Assembly: GCF_009914755.1 (NCBI RefSeq)
Contig: NC_060947.1
Reading direction: 5' to 3' (one strand)
Source of the DNA: the human T2T-CHM13v2.0 reference genome, Homo sapiens
DNA length: 64,000 nucleotides
The notes below the pieces were generated by a model. That model was not told where the DNA came from. It searched no databases and saw only the letters and a list, made by a program, of their open reading frames with translations. The first letter of the stretch is position 1, and every line of letters starts with the position of its first letter. Both the position numbers and the translations under genes were made by a program. Shown here piece after piece: positions 27,941 to 39,679 of this stretch.

Positions 27941-28964
27941 TTCAAATAGTATGGATAACTCGGGAAATTTGGAGATGAGTACAAGGAAGATTTGAAGTTG
28001 GCTAGATTAAGATGTAAGGTTAGGAGTGACTATTTTGTTGTTTTAAAGGGTGACATTTAAAAGCCTATGGGAAGGAAATAAATGAGAGTGAGAGGATGAG
28101 CATATAAGTTTTAAAAAGGATAATCAATTTGACAAACTGACTACTCATATTTGGGGCCATTGTTGATAGATATGTCAACTTCTGCACTTTATGTTTTCTT
28201 CACTCCCACATGATCTGTAATCATGATTATTACCTATATGTATTAGCTGGCAAAAATTTAACAAATAATATAAAAATTATTACATGCATCAAATGATTTA
28301 TTGTATAGTTCTTAATCTAAAACAACCTGCTGAGAAGCTAAGCAGGAAAGACTAAAGGATGAGGCATGCTTGGCTTCTTTAGGCAGTATTTAATTAATAC
28401 TGATATGGAAGAATTTCATTTTCAAATGGGAGTAACAGATCAACATATTCCCTCACAATGCTACATATATTCTTCTAGGTGATTGAGATATATTAAAAGA
28501 TGATGTAAGCTGAATTTTTAGATCAGTGTTTTCAATTTACGATGAATTCTTTAGTTTCACTATTGAGTTTGTCCTCTGCCAAAATACCTTATGTCAGAGC
28601 CAGCAAAAGCTTTTAGTCTCTGCTTATTTGCATTCCATTTCTTAAATTTAGCATATATCCAGCCAAATAAAAAATGTATTTGGCGATTTGCAGGAGCTCT
28701 GAATACTTGCTGATCTTAGACATTATAATACATCATTTTATGGAACAATCGTCAAAGTTTATCCAGTAAAGTTTATCTTAGATTTTGATTTTTGTATTTT
28801 CGTTTCCATTCATCATTTATTCATTAATTTTAATAAGTATTGATTGAATGCCAGTCAATATGATGTGTATTTAAGATATAATAATGAGTCATAAAAATAC
28901 AATAAATAATTCAGGTATGTTTATATGAATGTAGTTCAGCATTCATCCATTCACTTCTTCATTT

Positions 28965-29455
28965 GTTATGTCTTTTTTAGGTGACGCAAGTCACAGAAAA
29001 CCCAACTAACATGAAGACATTTACTATTTGTTACATGAAGTCTGTTGGTAGGTGATCCAGGACTAGCTCGGCAGTGTAATGATGTCATCAAGGAGCATGC
29101 CTTTACCTTCCCTGTTTATATTGGCCCAGCTCTAAATATAACATCCTCAAGACAATATCCAAAGCAGGAAGTGGAGGGATGAGCGAAAAGCATTTTCTTT
29201 ACATAGATTTGAAATTTTGCTTCCCCAGAAGCTCCCCTACAGACTTTCCATTCCATTTCTTTTGTCACACTGAGTCACACACTCATCCCTCAACATATCG
29301 CTGACCAAAAGAGAATAGGATTGCTTTTATGGTTTAGATCCATCACGGTTTACCCCCAAGTTATGGACTCAATTTTACCTAAGTAAAATTAGGGTTTTGA
29401 TAGGTATGAAAAAGAGGGAATTGTCTTGAGTAGGCAGTCATAGATGTCTATCACA
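28965..29455 (-). mobile_element. Old MaLR LTR (MLT1J/K/L-like)
   Basis: gcaagtcacagaaaacccaact...aatgatgtcatcaagga...ccccagaagctcccctacagactt. Confidence 0.6.
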
Positions 29456-30179
29456 GGCCTATTCTCATAACTTTTTTTCTAAACACGATAGTCAATATTT
29501 ATTGAATACATTCTAAACACACACAAGCACACACACAATACACATGAGGTTTTATGAAGAGATTGCTGCTGTGGTTGCTATGGATATTGCCTGTTGTTAC
29601 TAGCCAAGGAATAGAACTGTGCCCTCTTCATTATTTAGACTGCCCTCTTGGGAATAGTCATGTTGTAGATTCCACTGTACAATGTTTTCATCACCTAATA
29701 ATCAGTACAATTCAGCCAAGTATCTAGAATTCAAGGGCTATTTGACCACAGGATTAGGAATCTTTGTCTATAAAATGTATTCAAAACAACTACACAATAC
29801 CATTATGTGGCATGAAGAGAGCTAAAAATCCCTTTTTCTCTGCAGTCTCTGACCCTTTCAGAAATTGTATAGAGTCACCACCTCATTGCATCCTTTCTTG
29901 TTTCCATGATTATCATAGTGCTTACACATTTAATTCTCTAATCGCCTTCATTCATTTTAGTTTGTTCCCCAATCATTTCTTCCTTTGCTCCTCCTTGCAT
30001 CTTTCTCATCTTTCATCAACCATCTCAGAGTTCCATTTTGTGCCCTGTATCTTTTGGCATTTGTTATTCACCAACTTCTAATCTGTCAAAAAATAGTAAA
30101 TACAAACACCTACATACATGCTTAATGCAAGATGACTCATGTTTATGACAGGAATGAAGAGGATTTATATCAATGGAGA

Positions 30180-30425
30180 AAAGCACCCAGTTTAGTAACA
30201 TGTGCCCGGCAATTAAACTGCCCAGCTTTTGATCCCCTCCCTATCACTTATGAGGAATCTTGGGAAAGTTTCTTAACTTCTCTGGGCCTCAGATTCTTTA
30301 TTTGGAAAACAGGAAAAATAACAGTACCAACCACATGAGGTGGGTATGAGATTAAATAAAATAATATAAAAGCACTTAACAATCTCTGGTGCATATTAAG
30401 TTCTCAATTAATCCTAATTATTATT
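30180..30425 (+). mobile_element. MIR
   Basis: tcttgggaaagtttcttaacttctctgggcctcagattc...gagattaaataaataat...aaagcacttaac. Confidence 0.8.
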
Positions 30426-31204
30426 ATTATGTCTGCATATAGGAGTGCATGAGAATTAATAAGGCCTTTTTTTTGATATTGTCTTATTTTGTCCACATAG
30501 AATGAATCCATATATTACTTTTGCAAAAAATAAGTAAAGACAAAGATGAGTGGATTTTTAAGTTTTTTAAAATCTGGAGAGTTGGGTTTAAAATAAATAA
30601 GTAAATAAATGGCATTCCTATGAGTAGACTGCACTTGAATAATAACCTGGTTATCTTCCATAACCTCAATATTTCCCATATGTTCTATGTAATCAGCATT
30701 ACCTCTACTCTTATTTGAGGTATGAATACCCGTAGTCTTTGACTGTTGTTAGCTTATGATTTGAAATAAAGTCATATCTCTTATAGGAATTTCAGTAACG
30801 AGTGTATTCTTAGATAAGTACAATAAAATCTGAATAGTCCTGAGAACTTGATAACATTGAGTTTTTACTACAAAAGGATGTTCATTTTTGGATCCAGACT
30901 CCCAGGACTATCATTAACCCAGAATATCTTACACATTTTTTAAATCACTTATGCTTACAACAAAGCCAATTATAAAATCATGAACTTTGCTAAGCTTTCC
31001 AGACTCTAGGATTCCTCCATGTGGCAATTATAAACAAGACATTGCCTAGATGCCTGGGGTCCTACAACAGTCATCTAGGTCTCCTCATATCTTGGTCCTG
31101 TGGTTCTCTTGGAAGATCACATAGTGATGAACTGAGAGAGCAAGATGACTTTCAATTGAATTGCTCTTCTATCATTCACATCTCCACTCACATATTATCT
31201 TCTA

Positions 31205-31780
31205 TAGAGATGCCTTGGACTATAAGCAATAGACAAACTAACTCAAATGGATTAAATAACAAGGGAACGTATTTACGTCACATAATAAGAAGTCTGGAGG
31301 TAGTGTGGCTCCAGAGTACACAAATTAAGTGATTCAGAGATTTCTGGGACTAAAATTTTTTTCTATCTTTTTGCTTTTCCATCTTCAGTCTTCCCTCTCA
31401 TAGTTGCAAGAAGCCTCTAGCTTCACTCCAAGTGAAGCTCCAAGCATCACCCCTCAAACATCTAAAGCCTGAAGGAGACAATATATTCTCCTCATATCTT
31501 TGTGTAAAATGGGGGACAATGGTTCCAGAAGTCTCCAGCCAACTTTCCCTTGAATCTCATTGACCAAGATTGCCTCGCTGTCCCAGTCCTAAACCAATCA
31601 CTGGCAAAAGAGATAGAACCACCGCAATAGGCTCAAACCAGTTAAGATTTAACCCTTGAGGTGCAGATGGGCCTGCCTTTCACTAAAGCATATGGACACT
31701 TGCTTTAGAGGGAAACCAATATTCTTCAAGCAAAGAAAGGAGTGGTAAGGTCTTGTGGAGCAATGAGCAGTGCTATGTAG
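31205..31780 (-). mobile_element. Old MaLR LTR (MLT1K/L-like)
   Basis: ctataagcaatagacaaactaactcaaatggattaaataacaaggg...tctcattgaccaag...cctaaaccaatcactggc. Confidence 0.65.
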
Positions 31781-31991
31781 ACCTTCCATGACCAACCTAA
31801 ATTTCACCCCACATCCTCAATTTCTTCCTCACTATCTTGCTCTTTTTTTCCTTTATAGTTCTTATCCCTTTTAAAAACTGTATTATTTGCTCCTTGTTTA
31901 TTTTCTTCCCCCATCACTGTAATGTAAGATCTGTGTGGGAAGACAGTTTGTCTGAAGGTGCTCAATAAATGTTTGCTGAATGAATGAATGG
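31780..31991 (+). mobile_element. L2 3' end
   Basis: aatgtaagatct...gtgctcaataaatgtttgctgaatgaatgaatg. Confidence 0.75.
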
Positions 31992-32621
31992 TGTTGTCCA
32001 ACAAAAGCTTTCCAAAATGGTCTTTGTAGGGATAAATTCCAGAAAAAGTGGGATAGTGGCAAGGAGGGAAGAATTAAAACAGGCAGGGTGTGAGACAGAC
32101 TAAGATAGAATCACAGTTGCTTTTCAGTTTATTGTCTTACCTTCAGGCAATTCTATATCTAAATTCAGCTTCGCAGCTTTAGGGAGGCTTCAGCTTTAAT
32201 CAAACCATCCTGGATATGCTTTGTGGAATGTAACCTGATAGAAACCTGACTAATTGTTGTTATTGTGGCTCTACCCAGAACAAAGCTTATCTTTTCTTTG
32301 CTAGTGAACACTCAAATTACTTTGGTCTTTTGGTCCACATCCTTGGACAAATATGGATGCTGATAACACATCGTATTTTCATTTCCTGGATTTACTACTA
32401 CTGTAGAAAGAGGCTGTTTTGTCTCTTGCTGAGAATTTCCACAAATAATATACCAAAGAATGTTAACCACAGATTGAGTACATAAACAGTAAGGAGACTA
32501 TAGAAGATTCCTCAATCATGGGATTTACTTTACAATAAAGATAGGGACATGATAGTTCACACCTACCAAATGTAATGACTGCAATTCCTAGAAAATAAAA
32601 GAGATAGAAAAAATGAACATT

Positions 32622-32733
32622 AGCTGGGTACAGTGGCTCACTCCTGTAATCCCAGCACTTCGGGAGGCCAGGGCAGGAGGATTTCTTGAAGCAAAAAGTT
32701 TCAGACCAGTGTAGGCAGGAAAGTGACATCCCA

Positions 32734-32735
<2 letters not shown>
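32622..32735 (+). mobile_element. Alu monomer (FLAM_C-like) whose tail runs into a TA tract
   Basis: agctgggtacagtggctcactcctgtaatcccagcacttcgggaggcc...ggaggatttcttga. Confidence 0.85.
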
Positions 32736-32772
<37 letters not shown>

Positions 32773-32863
32773 AATATATATATAATTGTATAATATATAT
32801 TATATATTCATATAATATAAATATAATATATAATATAATAAATATATATAATATAATACAATA

Positions 32864-32896
<33 letters not shown>

Positions 32897-32902
32897 ACAT
32901 AT
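32736..32902. repeat. (TA)n / AT-only low-complexity tract
   Basis: Nearly pure A/T, with (AT)n runs at both ends. Confidence 0.95.
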
Positions 32903-32986
32903 CCTACTCAAGCACCATTGGATCTGCTGGGCCATATTCTTGGGATAGGAAGAATTAAGCTCAGAAACACTTAATTTGAAATTTTA

Positions 32987-33106
32987 GCGGGGCACGGTGG
33001 CTCACACCTGTAATTCCAGCATTTTGGGAGGCCGAGGCAGGTGGATCACGAGGTCAGGAGATCGAGACCATTCTGGCTAACATGGCGAAACCCCATCTCT
33101 ACTAAA
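32987..33106 (+). mobile_element. Left arm only of a young Alu (AluY/Sc-like)
   Basis: ggatcacgaggtcaggagatcgagaccattctggctaacatgg...tctactaaa, then a TA tract replaces the right arm. Confidence 0.88.
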
Positions 33107-33304
33107 TATGATATTATAATATATATCATAATAACACATATTATATTATATTAATATATATTATATATATATTTATATATATATTATATATATGTAATTC
33201 ATATATATAATATATGATATAAGATATATAATATATATTTATATATTATATATTATATATATTTATATATATATTATATATTATATATATTTATATATAT
33301 ATAT
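33107..33304. repeat. AT-only low-complexity tract
   Basis: Degenerate (TA)n with internal duplications. Confidence 0.95.
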
Positions 33305-33540
33305 CCACCTCAAGCACCATTGGATCTGCTGGGTCATATGGCCCAAGTGGCAGAGCAGCTTGCACAACAGCCTAGGCCTGTTGCAAAGCCTTCTCCTGTT
33401 CTGGACCCCACTAAAAAGTGGGTGGGGTCCAGATAAATGGGCAAGAATAACACACCCAAATGAGGAATGTGTTGCCTCCAAAATCCAAATATATATATAA
33501 TATATATAATATATAGTATATAATATATACTATATATCGT

Positions 33541-33750
33541 ATATAACATGCGATATATACTATATATCGTATATAACATGCGATATATACTATATATCGT
33601 ATATAACATGCGATATATACTATATATCGTATATAACATGCGATATATACTATATATCGTATATAACATGCGATATATACTATATATCGTATATAACATG
33701 CGATATATAGTATATATCGTATATAACATGCGATATATAGTATATATCGT
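33541..33750. repeat. 30-bp minisatellite, 7 copies (atataacatgcgatatata[c/g]tatatatcgt)
   Basis: Exact 30-bp period; five C-variant units then two G-variant units. Confidence 0.97.
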
Positions 33751-34410
33751 ATATAATATATACGATATATACTATATATCGTATATAATATATACTATGT
33801 ATCGTATATAATATATACTATGTATCGTATATAATATATAAGATATATACTATATATCGTATATAATATATAAGATATATACTATATATCGTATATAATA
33901 TATAAGATATATACTATATATCGTATATAATATATAAGATATATACTATATATCGTATATAATATATATACGATATATCGTATATAATATATAATATATA
34001 TTATATATCGTATATAATATCGTATATAATATATAATATATATTATATATCGTATATAATATATAATATATATTATATATCGTATATAATATATAATATA
34101 TATCGTATATAATATATAATATATACTATATATCGTATATAATATATAATATATACTATATATCGTATATAATATATAATATATAATATATACTATATAT
34201 CGTATATAATATATAATATATAATATATATCGTATATAATATATATTGTATATAATATATAATATATAATATATATTGCATATAATATATAATATATATT
34301 GCATATAATATATAATATATATTGCATATAATATATAATATATATTGTATATAATATATAATATATATTATATATTGTATATAATACATAATATATTGTA
34401 TATAATACAT

Positions 34411-35340
34411 AATATATAATATATATTGTATATAATACATAATATATAATATATATTGTATATAATACATAATATATAATATATATTGTATATAATACAT
34501 AATATATAATATATATTGTATATAATACATAATATATAATATATATTGTATATAATACATAATATATAATATATATTGTATATAATACATAATATATAAT
34601 ATATATTGTATATAATACATAATATATAATATATATTGTATATAATACATAATATATAATATATATTGTATATAATACATAATATATAATATATATTGTA
34701 TATAATACATAATATATAATATATATTGTATATAATACATAATATATAATATATATTGTATATAATACATAATATATAATATATATTGTATATAATACAT
34801 AATATATAATATATATTGTATATAATACATAATATATAATATATATTGTATATAATACATAATATATAATATATATTGTATATAATACATAATATATAAT
34901 ATATATTGTATATAATACATAATATATAATACATATTGTATATAATACATAATATATAATACATATTGTATATAATACATAATATATAATACATATTGTA
35001 TATAATACATAATATATAATACATATTGTATATAATACATAATATATAATACATATTGTATATAATACATAATATATAATACATATTGTATATAATACAT
35101 AATATATAATACATATTGTATATAATACATAATATATAATACATATTGTATATAATACATAATATATAATACATATTGTATATAATACATAATATATAAT
35201 ACATATTGTATATAATACATAATATATAATATATATTGTATATAATACATAATATATAATATATATTGTATATAATACATAATATATAATATATATTGTA
35301 TATAATACATAATATATAATATATATTGTATATAATACAT
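34411..35340. repeat. 30-bp minisatellite, 31 copies (aatatataata[t/c]atattgtatataatacat)
   Basis: 17 T-variant + 10 C-variant (34921-35220) + 4 T-variant units, otherwise identical. Confidence 0.98.
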
Positions 35341-35639
35341 AATATATATATAACATATAATATATAATATATAATATAATATAAATTATTAATATAATAT
35401 ATATTATATATAATTAATATATAATATATTTGACTAAATATATATTATAAATTATCTAATAAATTATGATATATAAATTATTTATATATTTATATATTAT
35501 ATAAATACAAATATATATTTATACAATTTATATTTATATTTATATAATATATAATTATATATATATTTTTATATTATATATTATATATATTTTTATATTA
35601 TATATTATATATATTATATATGTTTATATATAATTAATG

Positions 35640-35835
35640 TATATTTATATATTATACTTATATATAAATATATAAATATATATATTTATATATTATAGTT
35701 GTATATAAATATATAAATATATATTTATATATTATAGTTGTATATAAATATATAAATATATATTTATATATTATAGTTGTATATAAATATATAAATATAT
35801 ATTTATATATTATAGTTAATATAAATATATGAATA
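35640..35835. repeat. 39-bp AT-rich minisatellite, about 4-5 copies
   Basis: agtt anchor recurs at 35697, 35736, 35775 and 35814. Confidence 0.9.
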
Positions 35836-36259
35836 TATATTCATATATAATATATATAAATTATATATTTTATACAATTATAGAATGTATAATATGATAA
35901 TATCATATACATATTATATTATTATATTATATTATTGTATTATATTATATTATCTATAATATGTAATATACAAATAATCTATAATATAATGTAATACATA
36001 TTATATATTATATATTTATATATAAATTTATGTACATTTTTATATATAGAAAAATGTACACAAAAGGCAATTTATTCTACTTTATAGAAAGTTTTAAAGG
36101 ATATCATTTCATGTTTTCCACTCAAATAGCAGCAGGCAATGATATACTCTTATTCATCTCTTATTTTTTCCTAAGTTGTGAAATGAAGATAAAATATTTC
36201 AGTGAATTAGTGCAACTGCTTTGCAATAAGATCACCTTGTTACCTTTCAGGTCTCAGCC

Positions 36260-36492
36260 TCAAAAGAGATTTCTTTAGAAAGTCCTTCCTGACTGTCCTA
36301 TCTAATGTTATCCTCTCCTGTCCTCCCCCATCATATCATCTTGTTTTATTTTCTTGGCATTTTTCACTAGTTGAAATCATTGTTTATTTACTTCCTAATT
36401 TATTTGTTGTCTATCCTCTCTTGCAGTAGCCCTTGCACCCAGACAAGCACTTTAGCACATGGCAGGTGCTCAATCGTTATTTAAGGAATTAT
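36260..36492 (+). mobile_element. L2 3' fragment
   Basis: ccttcctgact...agcacatggcaggtgctcaat. Confidence 0.55.
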
Positions 36493-36619
36493 GTATTCAT
36501 CAGCTGGCTTTCTACACATTGATAGTAATTGCCCTCTGAACACCCTTCCCTTATCATCTTTCTCCTTGTTTCTGCTGCCTTTTATAAAGATATTACCTTA
36601 AACATCTTGTGAGATGCCA

Positions 36620-37305
36620 ATTCTTTAAAAAGTTAAACAGAGAATTGCCATATGATCCAGCAATTCTACTCCTAGGTATGTATCCAAAAGAAATAAAAAA
36701 ATACGTCCACACAAAAACGTGGAGCATTATTTATAGTAGCCAAAAAGTAGAAACAACCCAAATGGCTATTAACTGATGTATGCATGAATAAAATGTAGTC
36801 TATCAATACAAAGAAATATTATTTGGTAATAAAAAGGAATGAAATACTAATACATACTACAATATGGATGAGCCTTAAAAATATGCTAAGTGAAAGAAGC
36901 CAGTCACAAAAGGTACATACTATATGACTCCATTTGTATGAAACATCCAGGAAAGCAAATATGCAAGATGGAACATAAACTAGTGGGTGTGTAGGGCTGG
37001 GAGTTCTGGAAACTAGAGGTGACTGCTAATGGGTATGAAGGTTTCTTTTTTCCCTTTAACTGCCAACATGGAATTCTTTATTTGTTAAGTTATCCTTCAC
37101 AAATGAAAGCAAGACACAAACATTCCTTTCTTTCTGTTTTATAACAAGGCTTTATTTTAAAGGTAATGAAAATGTTCTGAAATTGATTGTAGTGGTGGTT
37201 GCACATCTCTATGAATATAATAAAAACAGTTGAATTCTGCACATTAAATTGGTGAATTGTAAGGTATGTGAATTATATTTCAATAAAGATATTATACTTA
37301 AAAAT
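36620..37305 (+). mobile_element. L1MB-type 3' end
   Basis: gaattgccatatgatccagcaattctactcctaggtat...atgctaagtgaaagaagccagtcacaaaag...gtatgtgaattatatttcaataaag. Confidence 0.85.
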
Positions 37306-38511
37306 TTGGGAAGGGAAAGAGAAAAGGTAAAATCTAGACTAGTGATTTTAAAAGACTCTATGAGGGAGAAAAATTTTGATGAAATAAGGTATAGGAGTCA
37401 TTCTTTTCTTTAATTCATTTAACAAATACTTATTGAGGCATACAAACAGTATAGGGATGTGACTTTGTGACAGAGAAGCAAATCATCATTACTATCTGTA
37501 AGAATAACCAGATCCACACTTCACACAGAGCAACAACCAAGTGCTTTATGGGACCAGGAAGGCAGATGCTCACAAGTGGATGAAACTACATTACATTTTG
37601 CAGTTGAGATATATGAGAAAATATTGCCTATCAACACCAAGCCCTGCAATAGAGACTGGAGAAATTGCCAAACTTTTTGGAAAAGATAAAATACATTTCA
37701 AAGGTATGAGAGGCCACTCTCATACCAATGAGGCGCTATTGTTAAGGAGCCTAAAATCAATGTGTCAGAGATTTCCTGCTGACTCTGAACAGAAGCTGAT
37801 GCTAAACTTCTAGGGACATATAATTGAGTAGAGGAAATATAAGAGTCAAGTAATCAATGCTAACAAAACCCAATGTTCTTTAGTGTGTCCCACAATAATA
37901 CTGTCAATATTAAAGATCAGAAAAAGTTCCTTCTACAACTAAAATTTGAATTCATGACAAAACATTGTTTCAATTTAATTGCCAGTGTTTTTTTAAAAAA
38001 ATTAGTGATAAATAATAAAGGTTTTTGACATCTTTGATTCATCAAAATATAGTATATCCAGAAAATGTTCCATAAAGACCTCTGTATTACAAAAAATATT
38101 TTAACAAAGTCTTAATACACAAACAATAGACTGGAAAAAATTTTTGTAACACAGAGAACAGATAGTGGTTTAGTATAAATAACACAAAAAAGACTCTTAA
38201 AAATTGTCAAAATGGAAAAAAATAACCTACAAAAAGAATGGATGAAGAATCTGAAGAGACATTTTCAGGAGGGTAAATCCATTTGGCCAAATAAAAATAT
38301 TAGGATAAAACCTTTTTAAGTAACAAAATATCATGTTACATTTGTAAGATTGACAACAATTCTAAAGGCTCATAATACTTTTTGCTGACGGGAATACTGG
38401 GGAAAATAGCAATTACAAAATTGCTGGTGGAAATGTGAATTATGACAATTATTTTGGAAAGCAATCAGGTAGGATTGATTGAAATTAATACAAATATATA
38501 CTTTAACTCAG

Positions 38512-38985
38512 TGAGATGGTTAATTTTGTGTCAACTTGACTGGGCCATAGGAGTACCCAGATATTTGGCTAAATATTATTCTTGTGTCTGTGTGGGTGTT
38601 TCCAGATGAGATTAGCATTTGAATCAGTAAACTGTGTAAAGCAGATGGCCCTCCCCAAAGTGAGTGAGCATTATCCAATCCCTTGAGAACCTGAATAGAA
38701 CAAACAGGCAGGCGAAGGGAGAATTCACTCTTTGCTTGACTGCTTGAGCTGGGACATTAGTCTTCTCCTGCCTCCAGACTGAACTTATACCATTGGCTCT
38801 CCTGGTTCTCAGGCCTTTGGATTCAGATTGGCTTTCGTGGGTTTCTACCTTGCAGATGCCAGATCAAGGAATTTCCTAGCCTCCACAATCATGAGCTAAT
38901 TCTTTATAATCTCTCTATCTCTCTGTGTGTGTGTATGTATTAAAATTTATAGAGATTTGTCAATATTTAATTTTAAATCATATAT

Positions 38986-39048
<63 letters not shown>

Positions 39049-39088
39049 TGGCTCTGTTTCTGTGGAGAAGTATGACTATCCTAACACG
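38512..39088 (+). mobile_element. MLT2 (ERVL) solo LTR containing a (CT)n tract at ~38988-39044
   Basis: tgagatggttaattttgtgtcaacttgactgggcca...cccagatatttgg...tcctattggctctgtttctgtggagaa; TSD-like ctcag/cttag. Confidence 0.88.
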
Positions 39089-39159
39089 CTTAGTAATCCC
39101 TCTATTAAAAGACTCTCTCACAAAAATAAGAGTACTGTAAATAAAGATATGTATTTCAA

Positions 39160-39465
39160 GGGTTACGGCAGATGTCAGCAGTGTGTCCAGACTCCATCTG
39201 CTCTCCTTACTGCCTCATTGCCTACCAGCCTACCTTCCAATAGGCAGTGCATGCATTTCTTTGTCCAAGATTGTTCCTGGAGCCTGCTTTGACACACCTG
39301 CAAAGTACTGAGGAGTTAATGTTCCCTAAGAGTAGCCCACAACCAATCACTGGTAGGAATTGGTATAAATACCCCAACTCCCTAACCCTTGGATATTAAG
39401 ATCCTGAAGCATGTTTTCTCTGAGAGCTCCCCAACAGAATTAAGTTCTAATTGTCCACAGTGAAT
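39160..39465 (+). mobile_element. ERVL-class LTR fragment (LTR16-like)
   Basis: gagtagcccacaaccaatcactgg...ggtataaataccccaactccc. Confidence 0.6.
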
Positions 39466-39679
39466 GGTTAAATAGATTACAATCATATGATGAAATATTA
39501 AGCAACCATTATGCAGTTAACTCATGCTATACCAAATTCTTTTTAATTATTTTAATAAGGTAGTGTTGAGTGAGAGAAACAAGATCCAGAAAGGTGGGTT
39601 TAATACGATTTCAATTTGTGGGTTTAATATGATCTCAATTTTATAAACAATGACCAAAACTTATATGTATGTGCACATA

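Larger units (their letters stand above)
26140..28120 (-). mobile_element. L2 fragments, interrupted by LTR at 27431-27940
   Basis: ttcattcactcattc end; gagtttgagatgcc...atatgcaaatctggaatgcag; gatgtgatggaacagaaccc. Confidence 0.7.
33488..36060. repeat. Large compound AT-rich minisatellite island
   Basis: ~2.57 kb almost entirely A/T, containing several periodic sub-arrays. Confidence 0.97.

Noticed and set aside
33541-35340. CRISPR-like regular 30-bp periodicity
   Set aside because: Units are head-to-tail with no unique spacers, there are no cas genes, and the DNA is primate.
33334-35356. Long ORFs (131-394 aa) rich in Tyr/Ile
   Set aside because: Products of 30-bp repeats that lack stop codons on one strand; no coding complexity or promoter evidence.
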